DNA of 13,276 nucleotides from Candidatus Methylomirabilia bacterium (lineage in GTDB: Bacteria; Methylomirabilota; Methylomirabilia; Rokubacteriales; CSP1-6), in NCBI GenBank assembly GCA_041496385.1, contig JBGQEL010000119.1:1-13276 (forward strand). The letters run 5' to 3'. The notes under the pieces are model-generated. The model was not told where the DNA came from, searched no databases, and saw nothing but the letters and a program-made list of their open reading frames with translations. Positions 1 to 7,592 of the stretch are shown in pieces (the stretch's first letter is position 1; each line of letters starts with the position of its first letter). The position numbers were made by a program, and so were the translations under genes.

Positions 1-1268
1 GAGGGCGAGCGCAAGCAGGTGACGGTGCTGTTCGCCGACGTCAAGGGCTCGATGGAGCTGCTTGCCGACCGTGATCCCGAAGAGGTGCGCAAGATTCTCG
101 ATCCCGTCCTCACGCTGATGATGGCCGCCGTCCATCACTACGAGGGCACCGTGAACCAGGTGATGGGCGACGGCATCATGGCCCTCTTCGGCGCGCCGCT
201 CGCCCACGAAGACCACGCCGTGCGGGCGTGCTATGCCGCCCTGCGGATGCAGGACGTCCTGCGGCGCTACTCGGAGGAGCTGCGCCGCGCGCAGGGCGTG
301 GAGGTGCAGATCCGCGTCGGCATCAACTCCGGAGACGTCGTCGTGCGCTCGATCGGCAGCGATCTCCGCATGGACTACTCCGCCGTGGGCCAGACCACGA
401 ACCTGGCGGCCCGCATGGAGCAGCTCGCGGCGCCCGGCAGCATCCGGCTCACCGCCGAGACGCTGCACCTGGCCGAGGGCTTCGTTCAGGTGACTCCGCT
501 TGGCCCGGTGCCGATCAAGGGGCTCGGCGAGCCGGGCGAGGTGTTCGAGCTCGTAGGTCCCGGCGCTGCCCGCACCCGCCTCGAGGCGGCGGCGCGGCGG
601 GGGCTCACGCGCTTCGTCGGCCGGAGCGCGGAGCTGGAGCAACTCCGCGGCGCCCTCGACCGGGCGAGCCTGGGGCACGGCCAGGTGGTGGCCGTGGTCG
701 GCGAGCCGGGCGTGGGCAAGTCGCGTCTCTTCTGGGAGCTCACGCATTCCCACCGCGTCTTATTTGAGAAGGGGGCTACGCCCCCCTCTCGCTCCCCCGG
801 GGGCTGGCTCATCTTGCAATCCGCCTCGGTCTCCTACGGCAAGGCCACCGCCTACCTTCCCGTGATCGAGCTGCTCCGCGGCTACTTCGCGATCGAGAGC
901 CGCGACGACCCGCGGAAGATCCGGGAGAAGGTCACGGGGAAGGTGCTGACGCTCGCCCCGGCGCTCGCGCCGGGTACGCGGCCCATGCTCAACACCTGCT
1001 CGGCGACATCGCGACCCACCCCGACCGGTTCGACGCCGAGAGCGGCGAGGCCCACTACCGCAAGGCGCTGGCGCTGGCCGAGCCGCGCGGCATGCGCCCC
1101 CTCGTCGCCCACTGCCACCTCGGCCTCGGCAAGCTCTACGCGCGCATGGACAAGCGCGAGCAGGCGCAGGAGCATCTCCGCGCGGCGACGACGATGTACT
1201 GCGACATGGACATGCGGTTCTGGCTCGAGAAGGCGGAGGCGGAGACGACGGCACCCGGACGACCTTGA
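1..1268 (+). pseudogene. Class III adenylate/guanylate cyclase + STAND/AAA NTPase + C-terminal TPR-like protein; 5'-truncated by the window, internally deleted and frameshifted near 972
   Basis: Frame 1 is open from base 1 (EGERKQVTVLFADVKGS). Cyclase motifs: FAD (Asp at 37-39), QVMGDG (157-174), VRSIGSDLRMDYSAVGQTTNLAARME. Then FVGR and Walker A GEPGVGKS (700-723). After KVLTLAPALAP, frame 1 becomes non-protein-like. Frame 3 (972-1268) reads GYAAHAQHLLGDIATHPDRFDAESGEAHYRKALALAEPRGMRPLVAHCHLGLGKLY...MDMRFWLEKAEAE*, the typical helical C-terminus of this family. No Walker B or intervening domains are present. Confidence 0.85.
760..803. repeat. Short GC-rich palindromic element inserted in frame in the cyclase-NTPase gene
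   Basis: Hairpin GAGAAGGGGGC-TAC-GCCCCCCTCTC (766-790, 10 of 11 pairs), then the perfect palindrome CCCCCGGGGG (794-803). It encodes LFEKGATPPSRSPG between HSHRV and GWLILQS and starts with the atypical codons TTA TTT. Confidence 0.6.
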
Positions 1269-1293
1269 CAAGCACCGCGTCTCGACCGACAGT
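1265..1293 (+). promoter_or_regulatory. Candidate sigma70-type promoter of the ABC operon
   Basis: Perfect TTGACA (1265-1270), 17-nt spacer, weak -10 GACAGT (1288-1293), about 35 nt upstream of the SD-supported start at 1329. Confidence 0.45.
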
Positions 1294-1328
1294 CTCCTGA
1301 CATGCCAACCCGTTCGCGGAGGTCGCGT

Positions 1329-2876
1329 ATGCCCCGCCTGATCGCGCTCGTCGCCGCCGTGCTGCTCCTCGCCGCCAACGCCTATGCCGCCGACACGCCC
1401 CGGAAGGGGGGCATTATCCGCGTCGGAAACCTCGGCGAGCCGCCCGCGCTCGACGCCCACTGGACCACCGCGAGCATCACCGAGACGCTGACCAACCACA
1501 TCTACGAGGGGCTTTACAGCCTCGACGGCGCCAACCGTCCAATCCCGATGCTGGCCGAGGGTCACACGGTGAGCAAGGACGGCCTCACCTACACGTTCAA
1601 GCTGCGCCAGGGCATCAAGTTCCACAACGGCAAGGAGATGACGTCCGACGACGTCGTCGCCTCGCTGGCGCGCTGGGGCAAGCAGTCGATCTACGGCAAG
1701 GCGCTCTTCGCCCAGGTGGCCGAGTGGAAGGCGCTGGACAAGTACACGGTCGAGATGAAGCTCAAGGAGAAGTCGGCGATCGTCCTGATCTCGCTCGCCG
1801 TGCCGAACAACTTCGGCGCCATCTACCCGAAGGAGATCGCCGAGAAGTTCGCGCCCGAGATCAAGGCCACCGAATGGGTGGGCACCGGCCCCTTCAAGCT
1901 CGCCGAGTGGAAGCCCGACCAGTACATCCGCATGGTGCGCTTCGACGACTACAAGTCGCGCAACGAGAAGCCGAACGGCTATGGCGGCGGTAAGACGGCG
2001 TACGTGGACGAGATCCGCTGGCAGCCGGTGCCCGAGGTGGCCACGCGCGTGGCCCAGGTGGAGACCGGCGAGCTGGACTTCGCCGACGACCTGAACCTCG
2101 ATGCATACGATCGCCTGGCCAAGAACCCGAACGCCCGCCCGCTCGTCTCGAAGCCGTACTATTGGCTCGTCGCGGTCTTGAACAAGAAGGAAGGCCTGAT
2201 GACGAACCAGAAGTTGCGTCAGGCGTGGCAGGCGGCGATCGACATCGAGCCGATCATGAAGAACGTGGCGGGAGGGCATCGGGAGTTCTACCGGATGGAT
2301 GCGAGCCTCGCCATGGTCGAGATCACCGCCTGGCACACGAAGCTTTCGGGGCTGCCCTGGAACGAGCACAACAAAGCCAAGGCCAAGCGGCTCCTGCAGG
2401 AGGCCGGATACAAGAACGAGCCGATCCGCTTCATGACGACGCAGGAGTACAAGTGGATGTACGATTTCGCGCTCCTGTCCAAGCAGCAGCTCGAGGACGC
2501 GGGGTTCAACATCGACCTGCAGGTGGTTGACTGGGCGACGCTGGTGAAGCGGCGGAACAACTCGAAGGAATACGACGCCTTCACCACGGGCATCGGGGCC
2601 TTCTACGACCCGACCCACCCAGTGTTTCTCACTCCGAGCTGGCCGGGCTGGACGACCGACGAGGACATCCTGAAGCTCCAGGCCGAGCTGGCGCGCGAGA
2701 CCGATCCCAAGAAGCGCATGGCGCTGTGGGAGCAGCAGACCCGGCAGTTCTACGAGAAGGTGCCGGTGATCCGCTACGGCGATCTCTTCGGGCTCCGCGC
2801 GATCCGCAACACCACGAAGGGCTTCAACGAGAAGACGGAGCGCATCCGCTTCTACAACGTGTGGCTCGAGAAGTAG
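1329..2876 (+). CDS. ABC transporter substrate-binding protein, family 5 (DppA/OppA/NikA-like), 515 aa
   Basis: SD GGAGGT (1318-1323) before ATG 1329. Signal peptide MPRLIALVAAVLLLAANAYA. Family-5 motifs: IYEGLY, PMLAE...SKDGLTYTFKLRQGIKFHNGKEMTSDDVVASL, GTGPFKLAEWKPDQYI, AKAKRLLQEAGY. Confidence 0.95.
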   Translation: MPRLIALVAAVLLLAANAYAADTPRKGGIIRVGNLGEPPALDAHWTTASITETLTNHIYEGLYSLDGANRPIPMLAEGHTVSKDGLTYTFKLRQGIKFHNGKEMTSDDVVASLARWGKQSIYGKALFAQVAEWKALDKYTVEMKLKEKSAIVLISLAVPNNFGAIYPKEIAEKFAPEIKATEWVGTGPFKLAEWKPDQYIRMVRFDDYKSRNEKPNGYGGGKTAYVDEIRWQPVPEVATRVAQVETGELDFADDLNLDAYDRLAKNPNARPLVSKPYYWLVAVLNKKEGLMTNQKLRQAWQAAIDIEPIMKNVAGGHREFYRMDASLAMVEITAWHTKLSGLPWNEHNKAKAKRLLQEAGYKNEPIRFMTTQEYKWMYDFALLSKQQLEDAGFNIDLQVVDWATLVKRRNNSKEYDAFTTGIGAFYDPTHPVFLTPSWPGWTTDEDILKLQAELARETDPKKRMALWEQQTRQFYEKVPVIRYGDLFGLRAIRNTTKGFNEKTERIRFYNVWLEK

Positions 2877-2885
2877 CCGAATGAG

Positions 2886-3830
2886 GTGACCGCGTACCTC
2901 ATCCGGAGGACCCTGGCGCTCGTTCCGGTCCTGGCGGTGGTCGTCACCGTCGTCTTCCTGCTCATCCACCTGATCCCCGGCGATCCGGTGAGCGTCATGC
3001 TGGGGCCCGACGCGACACCCGCGCAGATCGAGGCGACCCGCCAGGCGCTGGGGCTCGACCGGCCCATCCACGAGCAGCTGCTCAAGTTCTACGCGCGCGT
3101 GCTGCGCGGCGACCTCGGCCAGTCGTACTTCCTGGACCGCCCCGTCACGACGGCGCTCCTCGAGCGCGTCGAGCCGACGCTCGTGCTGACCGTCTCGGCG
3201 CTGCTCGTCGCCGTGCTCATCGGCGTGCCCTCGGGCATCGTCGCGGCGGCCCGGCCCGGCTCGCCCTGGGACCGGCTGCTGATGCTGAGCTCGCTGCTGG
3301 GCGTCTGCGTCCCGGGCTTCTGGCTCTCGCTGAACTTCATCTATCTCTTCGCGGTGCGTCTGGGCTGGCTGCCCGCGGCGGGCTACGCCTCGCTCTGGGT
3401 CGACCCCATGGCGGCGCTCCGCTACATGGTGCTCCCCGCGGTCTCGCTCGGCTTCAACCAGTCGGCGCTGATCGCCCGGATCAGCCGCTCGTGCATGCTC
3501 GAGGCCCTCCAGCAGGACTACGTCCGCACCGCGCGCGCCAAGGGGCTGTCGGAGGGCACGGTGACCTGGATCCACGCCTTCCGCAACGCGCTCGTGCCCG
3601 TCGTGACGGTCATCGGAATCACGACGGCGATCCTCATCGGCGGCGCCGTCGTCACGGAGATCGTCTTCAACATCCCCGGTCTTGGCCGGCTGATCATTTC
3701 CGCCGTCCTGCGCCGTGACTACCCCGTCATCCAGGGCGTGATCCTCGTCACCGCGACGACCTACGTGCTGATCAACCTCGTCGTGGACGTCCTCTACGTC
3801 TTCATCGATCCGCGGATCCGCTATGCCTGA
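2886..3830 (+). CDS. Peptide/nickel ABC transporter permease (DppB/OppB-like), 314 aa
   Basis: N-terminal YLIRR...HLIPGDP and LGLDRP...GDLGQS. EAA-region DYVRTARAKGL...HAFRNAL. C-terminal RDYPVIQG...DPRIRY. GTG start. Confidence 0.95.
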   Translation: MTAYLIRRTLALVPVLAVVVTVVFLLIHLIPGDPVSVMLGPDATPAQIEATRQALGLDRPIHEQLLKFYARVLRGDLGQSYFLDRPVTTALLERVEPTLVLTVSALLVAVLIGVPSGIVAAARPGSPWDRLLMLSSLLGVCVPGFWLSLNFIYLFAVRLGWLPAAGYASLWVDPMAALRYMVLPAVSLGFNQSALIARISRSCMLEALQQDYVRTARAKGLSEGTVTWIHAFRNALVPVVTVIGITTAILIGGAVVTEIVFNIPGLGRLIISAVLRRDYPVIQGVILVTATTYVLINLVVDVLYVFIDPRIRYA

Positions 3831-4668
3831 GGCACCGCGCCGCTCCCGGCTCCGCAACCTCACCGCGAACCGGAACGTCGTCGCCGGGCTCGCGATCCTC
3901 GGCGTCGTCGTGTTCGCCGCGGCAGCCGCCGAGCTGGTCTCGACCCACAACCCGCGGAGGCTCGATCCGCCCAACCGCCTGCGGGCCCCGAGCCTCGAGC
4001 ACTACCTGGGCACCGACGAGTTCGGACGCGACGTCTGGAGCCTCGTCGTCCACGGCAGCCGCGTCTCGCTGGCGGTCGGCCTCACGACCATGCTGTCGAC
4101 CTCGCTCGCCGGGATCCTGATCGGCCTGGTCGCGGGATACTACCGGCGGCTCGACCTCGTCCTCATGCGCGTCATGGACGGCCTCATGGCGTTCCCCGCG
4201 GTCCTGCTCGCGATCGCGCTCATGGCGGCGCGCGGGCCCGGCGTCTGGAACGTGATCTTCGCGCTCTCGGTCGTCTACACGCCGCGGACCGCCATGCTGA
4301 TCCGGAGCACGGTGCTCTCGATCCGGGAGACGGACTACGTGCAGGCGGCCCAGGCGCTCGGCCGGCGGGATCTCGCCATCGCCTTCCGGCACATCCTTCC
4401 GAACTGCGTGGGGCCGCTGCTCGTGCAGGGCAGCTTCATCTTCGCCTACGCGATCCTCGCCGAGGCGATCCTGGGCTTCCTCGGCGTCGGCGTGCCGCCC
4501 TACGTGCCGTCCTGGGGCAACGTGATCGCCAGCGGCAAGAACGTGATCCGCGAGGCCTTCTGGGTGAGCCTCTTCCCCGGTCTGGCGCTCACGCTCTCCG
4601 GGCTCAGCCTGAACCTCGTGGGCGACGGCCTGCGCGACACCTTCGACCCGCGCCTAGGCGTCCGCTGA
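3823..4668 (+). CDS. Peptide/nickel ABC transporter permease (DppC/OppC-like), 281 aa
   Basis: Motifs HYLGTDEFGRD, GSRVSL, DYVQAAQALG...RHILPN, EAILGFLGVG...PSWG, GDGLRDTFDPR. Start overlaps the upstream stop. Confidence 0.95.
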   Translation: MPEAPRRSRLRNLTANRNVVAGLAILGVVVFAAAAAELVSTHNPRRLDPPNRLRAPSLEHYLGTDEFGRDVWSLVVHGSRVSLAVGLTTMLSTSLAGILIGLVAGYYRRLDLVLMRVMDGLMAFPAVLLAIALMAARGPGVWNVIFALSVVYTPRTAMLIRSTVLSIRETDYVQAAQALGRRDLAIAFRHILPNCVGPLLVQGSFIFAYAILAEAILGFLGVGVPPYVPSWGNVIASGKNVIREAFWVSLFPGLALTLSGLSLNLVGDGLRDTFDPRLGVR

Positions 4669-4682
4669 GCGCCGGCGCGCCC

Positions 4683-7028
4683 GTGCTCGCCGGCGTCTTC
4701 CTGGTCGCCGGGGCGATGCTACTCTACGAGCTCACGCTGACGCGCGTCTACAGCGCGCTGCTCGGCTACCATCTGAGCTTCGTCGCCATCTCGGTCGCCC
4801 TCCTCGGCACCGCGGCGGCCGGGGTCGCCGTGTACCTGAAGCCGGCCTGGTTCCCGGCCGAGCGCACGCGGCCCCGCATGGCGCAGGCGGCGATCGCCTT
4901 CGCGGTGACGTCGGTCGCCGCCTTCCGGCTGGGCACCGCGCTGCCCGTCGATCTCCGCACGCCGCTGTTCGATCCGAGCCTCATGCTGCTCTACCTAGCC
5001 TCCACGCCGCCGATGCTCTTCGCCGGGATCGTCGTCTGCCTCGGCCTGGCGCGCTATCGCAACGCCGGCGCGGTCTACGCGGCCGATCTCGCCGGCGCCG
5101 CGGCGGGGTGCGCGGCGTTCGTCGCGCTCGCCGGCCAGGGCGAGCTGCCGGGGCTGATCGCGCTCCTCGGCGCCGGCTGTCTCGCCGGTCGCGGCCTCGC
5201 CGAGCGCCGGCTCCGGCGGGCGCTGGGGGCGGCGCTGGCGCTCGTCCTGGCCGCGCTGGTCGGGGCGGCGACGGGAGCGCTGACGATCCCGTTCCGCCTG
5301 CCCTACACGGACGTCTACGCGACGCCCCTCTTCGATCGCATGAACGCCTTCTCGCGCGTCGTCGTGCTCCCCGCCAGCTCCACCCCGTTCGGCTGGGGCA
5401 TGAGCGATCGCCTGCCCGGCGATGCGCGCGCCGGCCAGCTCGCCGTGTTCATCGACGCCCTCGCGGGCACGATCCTGACCGAGTATCGCGGCGAGACGGC
5501 ATCGGTCGACTATCTGCGCTACGACGTCACGAATCTCGCCCACCACGTCCGCCCGGGCGGGCGCGTGTACGTGATGGGCGCGGGGGGCGGCCGCGACATC
5601 CTCTGCGCCCTGCTCTTCGGCGCCACGCGCGTCGTCGCGACGGAGATCAACCCCATCGTGGCGGGCCTGCTCACGCGGGACTTCGCGGCCTACACCGGGC
5701 GGCTCACGCGGGACGCGCGCGTCAGCCTCCACGTCGGCGACGCGCGCAGCTTCCTGGCGGGGCACGCGGGGCCGTTCGACGTGATCATGTCCTCGCTCAC
5801 CGACACCTTCGCGGCGACGCGCGCGGGCGCGTTCACCCTGACCGAAAACTCCCTCTACACGCGGCAGGGGTGGGCGCTCTTCCTCCGGCGGCTCGCGCCG
5901 TCGGGCATCCTGAGCTTCTCGCGCTGGTGGACCCTCGCCGAGCCCTCCGAGTCGCTGCGCCTCGTCGCGCTGGCCCGCGCCGCGCTCGACGATCTCGGCG
6001 CAGCGGAGCCCGCGGCGCACGTCGCGATGCTCGGCACGAAGACCGGCTCCTGGCCGGGCAGCGGCGTCGCCGCCATTCTCGTCCGCCGCGCGCCCTGGGA
6101 CCCGGCCGACCTCCACTCCCTCGACGCTGCGGTCGAGCGCTACGGCTTCACCTGGCTCCTCGATCCACGGGGGCCCGGGCAGGATCCCTTCCGCGAGCTG
6201 CTGCGCACGCCGTCTCCCGAGGCGTTCCTCGCCCGCTACCCGCGCGACGTGAGCCCGCCCGACGACGACCGGCCGTTCTTCTTCTTCTTCGTCAAGGCGG
6301 GCGACCTGGTCGGCACGATCTGGCGGCGGGCGGCCGACGGACCCGTCGCCATGCTGCTCACCTTCACGGCGCTGATCGCGGGTTTGCTCGGCGCGTGCGT
6401 CCTCGGACCGATGGCGGCCCACCGGCGGGCGCGGCGCGCCGGGGCGCCGGCGCGCGACGGCGCGACGGGCTGGGACCTGACGCTGTTCATGGCGATCGGC
6501 GGCGGCTTCATCTTCATCGAGATCGCACTGCTCGAGCGGCTCGTGCTGCTCCTGGGCCACCCGAGCTACTCGCTCTCGGTCGTCCTCGCGACGCTGCTGC
6601 TCGCGGCGGGCGCCGGCAGCGCGTGGGTCGAGCGGCGCCCGCCGGCGCTCCCGCGACTGGCCGCGCTCCTCCTGGTCACCGTGCTCGGGATCGGTCTGGC
6701 GGCCCCCGCCGCGGTCACGTGGGGCGCCGCGCTCCCGCTCCCGGCGCGCGTCGCGCTCGCGGCGGCGCTGGTGGCGCCCGTAGGCCTCGGCCTCGGCACC
6801 ATCCTGCCGCTCGCCGTGCGATCCCTCGCCGGGCGCGACCCGGAGGACATCCCGTGGATGTGGGCCGTCAACGGCGTCGCGTCGGTGCTGGGCGCGGTGC
6901 TGGCGCTCGTCCTCTCGCTCATCGCCGGCATCACCGCGACCTACGCCGGCGGCGCCGCGCTCTACGCGCTCGCCACCTTAGCACTCGCCCGCACGGGGCG
7001 CCGGCGCCCGGCCGATGTACTTTATTGA
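4683..7028 (+). CDS. Multi-pass membrane protein with a central spermidine-synthase-like / class I SAM-dependent methyltransferase domain (fused MFS-like/SpeE-like), about 781 aa
   Basis: About 7 hydrophobic segments, then a soluble domain with VYVMGAGGGRD (GAGGGRD at 5577-5597), TEINP, VGDARSFL, FDVI, ENSLYT, LAPSGIL and DDRPFF, then about 7 more hydrophobic segments. GTG 4683 has no clear SD; an in-frame CTG at 4665, overlapping the upstream TGA, is an alternative start. Confidence 0.85.
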   Translation: MLAGVFLVAGAMLLYELTLTRVYSALLGYHLSFVAISVALLGTAAAGVAVYLKPAWFPAERTRPRMAQAAIAFAVTSVAAFRLGTALPVDLRTPLFDPSLMLLYLASTPPMLFAGIVVCLGLARYRNAGAVYAADLAGAAAGCAAFVALAGQGELPGLIALLGAGCLAGRGLAERRLRRALGAALALVLAALVGAATGALTIPFRLPYTDVYATPLFDRMNAFSRVVVLPASSTPFGWGMSDRLPGDARAGQLAVFIDALAGTILTEYRGETASVDYLRYDVTNLAHHVRPGGRVYVMGAGGGRDILCALLFGATRVVATEINPIVAGLLTRDFAAYTGRLTRDARVSLHVGDARSFLAGHAGPFDVIMSSLTDTFAATRAGAFTLTENSLYTRQGWALFLRRLAPSGILSFSRWWTLAEPSESLRLVALARAALDDLGAAEPAAHVAMLGTKTGSWPGSGVAAILVRRAPWDPADLHSLDAAVERYGFTWLLDPRGPGQDPFRELLRTPSPEAFLARYPRDVSPPDDDRPFFFFFVKAGDLVGTIWRRAADGPVAMLLTFTALIAGLLGACVLGPMAAHRRARRAGAPARDGATGWDLTLFMAIGGGFIFIEIALLERLVLLLGHPSYSLSVVLATLLLAAGAGSAWVERRPPALPRLAALLLVTVLGIGLAAPAAVTWGAALPLPARVALAAALVAPVGLGLGTILPLAVRSLAGRDPEDIPWMWAVNGVASVLGAVLALVLSLIAGITATYAGGAALYALATLALARTGRRRPADVLY

Positions 7029-7053
7029 CTAAACAATGAATCCGGTAGACCAT
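7021..7053 (+). promoter_or_regulatory. Candidate marR-RND promoter with an overlapping palindromic operator
   Basis: AT-rich island. Imperfect palindrome TTTATTGACTAAACAATGAA (7021-7040, 14 of 20 positions symmetric, core ATTG-N6-CAAT) overlaps the -35-like TTGACT (7025-7030). Candidate -10 boxes are GACCAT (7048-7053, 17-nt spacer) or TAGACC (7046-7051, 15-nt spacer). Confidence 0.6.
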
Positions 7054-7088
7054 TGACCTCGGTGGCCCAGCGGCCACGGGAGGGTCCG

Positions 7089-7592
7089 ATGTCGAGAGCC
7101 AAGGTCCAGCGCGCCGCCACCGCCGAGGCGCCGCGCATGCTCGATCTGCTGAACTCGCTCGGCGGCACCATCTTCCGGCAGCTCCTGTGGCAGCGGGCGT
7201 CGGCCCTCGATCTCACCTACGCGCAGTCGCAGGTCCTCTTCCACCTGGCCGAGCATCCGGCCTGCCACATGGGCGAGGTCGCCAAGGCGTTCGGTGTGAC
7301 CCTCCCCGCGGTGACGCACATCGTGGACCGGCTCGAGCAGAAGGAGCTGGTGACGCGCGGCGACCACCCGGTCGACCGCCGCGTCTACGTGCTCGACCTG
7401 ACGCGCGCGGGGAAGGCGCTCGCCGACGAGCTCCACGCGCTGCGCCTGCGCGGCATGGAGCGCGTGCTGGCCCGGATGACGGCGGAGGACCGGCGTCGGG
7501 TCCTGACCGGGCTGGAGGCGCTGGTGGACGCGGCCTCGAGCGTGCCCGAAGAGGACGCGACGCCCCCGCGCGCGCGGAGGAACGGACGATGA
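7089..7592 (+). CDS. MarR-family transcriptional regulator, 167 aa
   Basis: SD GGAGG (7079-7083) before ATG 7089. Winged-helix pattern LTYAQSQVLFHL...MGEVAKAFGVTLPAVTHIVDRLEQKELVTR...DRRVYVLDLTRAG. Confidence 0.93.
   Translation: MSRAKVQRAATAEAPRMLDLLNSLGGTIFRQLLWQRASALDLTYAQSQVLFHLAEHPACHMGEVAKAFGVTLPAVTHIVDRLEQKELVTRGDHPVDRRVYVLDLTRAGKALADELHALRLRGMERVLARMTAEDRRRVLTGLEALVDAASSVPEEDATPPRARRNGR

Noticed and set aside
1266..1305. Direct repeat TGACAnGC at 1266 and 1298 as a regulator site
   Set aside because: Short, only two copies, and no cognate regulator nearby; cannot be distinguished from chance.
19..1341. 440-aa ORF taken as an intact gene
   Set aside because: The frame is open upstream of 19, and the part after about 972 is out-of-frame sequence; the family C-terminus is in frame 3.
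882..3974. 1030-aa minus-strand ORF
   Set aside because: Antisense shadow of well-supported ABC genes, expected from high GC3 codon bias; no recognisable motifs.
6276..6290. (TTC)5 microsatellite as a phase-variation tract
   Set aside because: In-frame triplet repeat encoding the Phe run of the DDRPFF motif; slippage would not shift the frame.
5108..7039. 643-aa alternative plus-frame ORF
   Set aside because: Arg/Ala/Gly/Pro-rich off-frame product typical of very GC-rich coding DNA.
7187..7588. N-terminal extension of the adaptor ORF (also the longer starts at 1302 and 7053)
   Set aside because: SD sites, signal peptides and the ATGA overlap support starts at 7589, 1329 and 7089.
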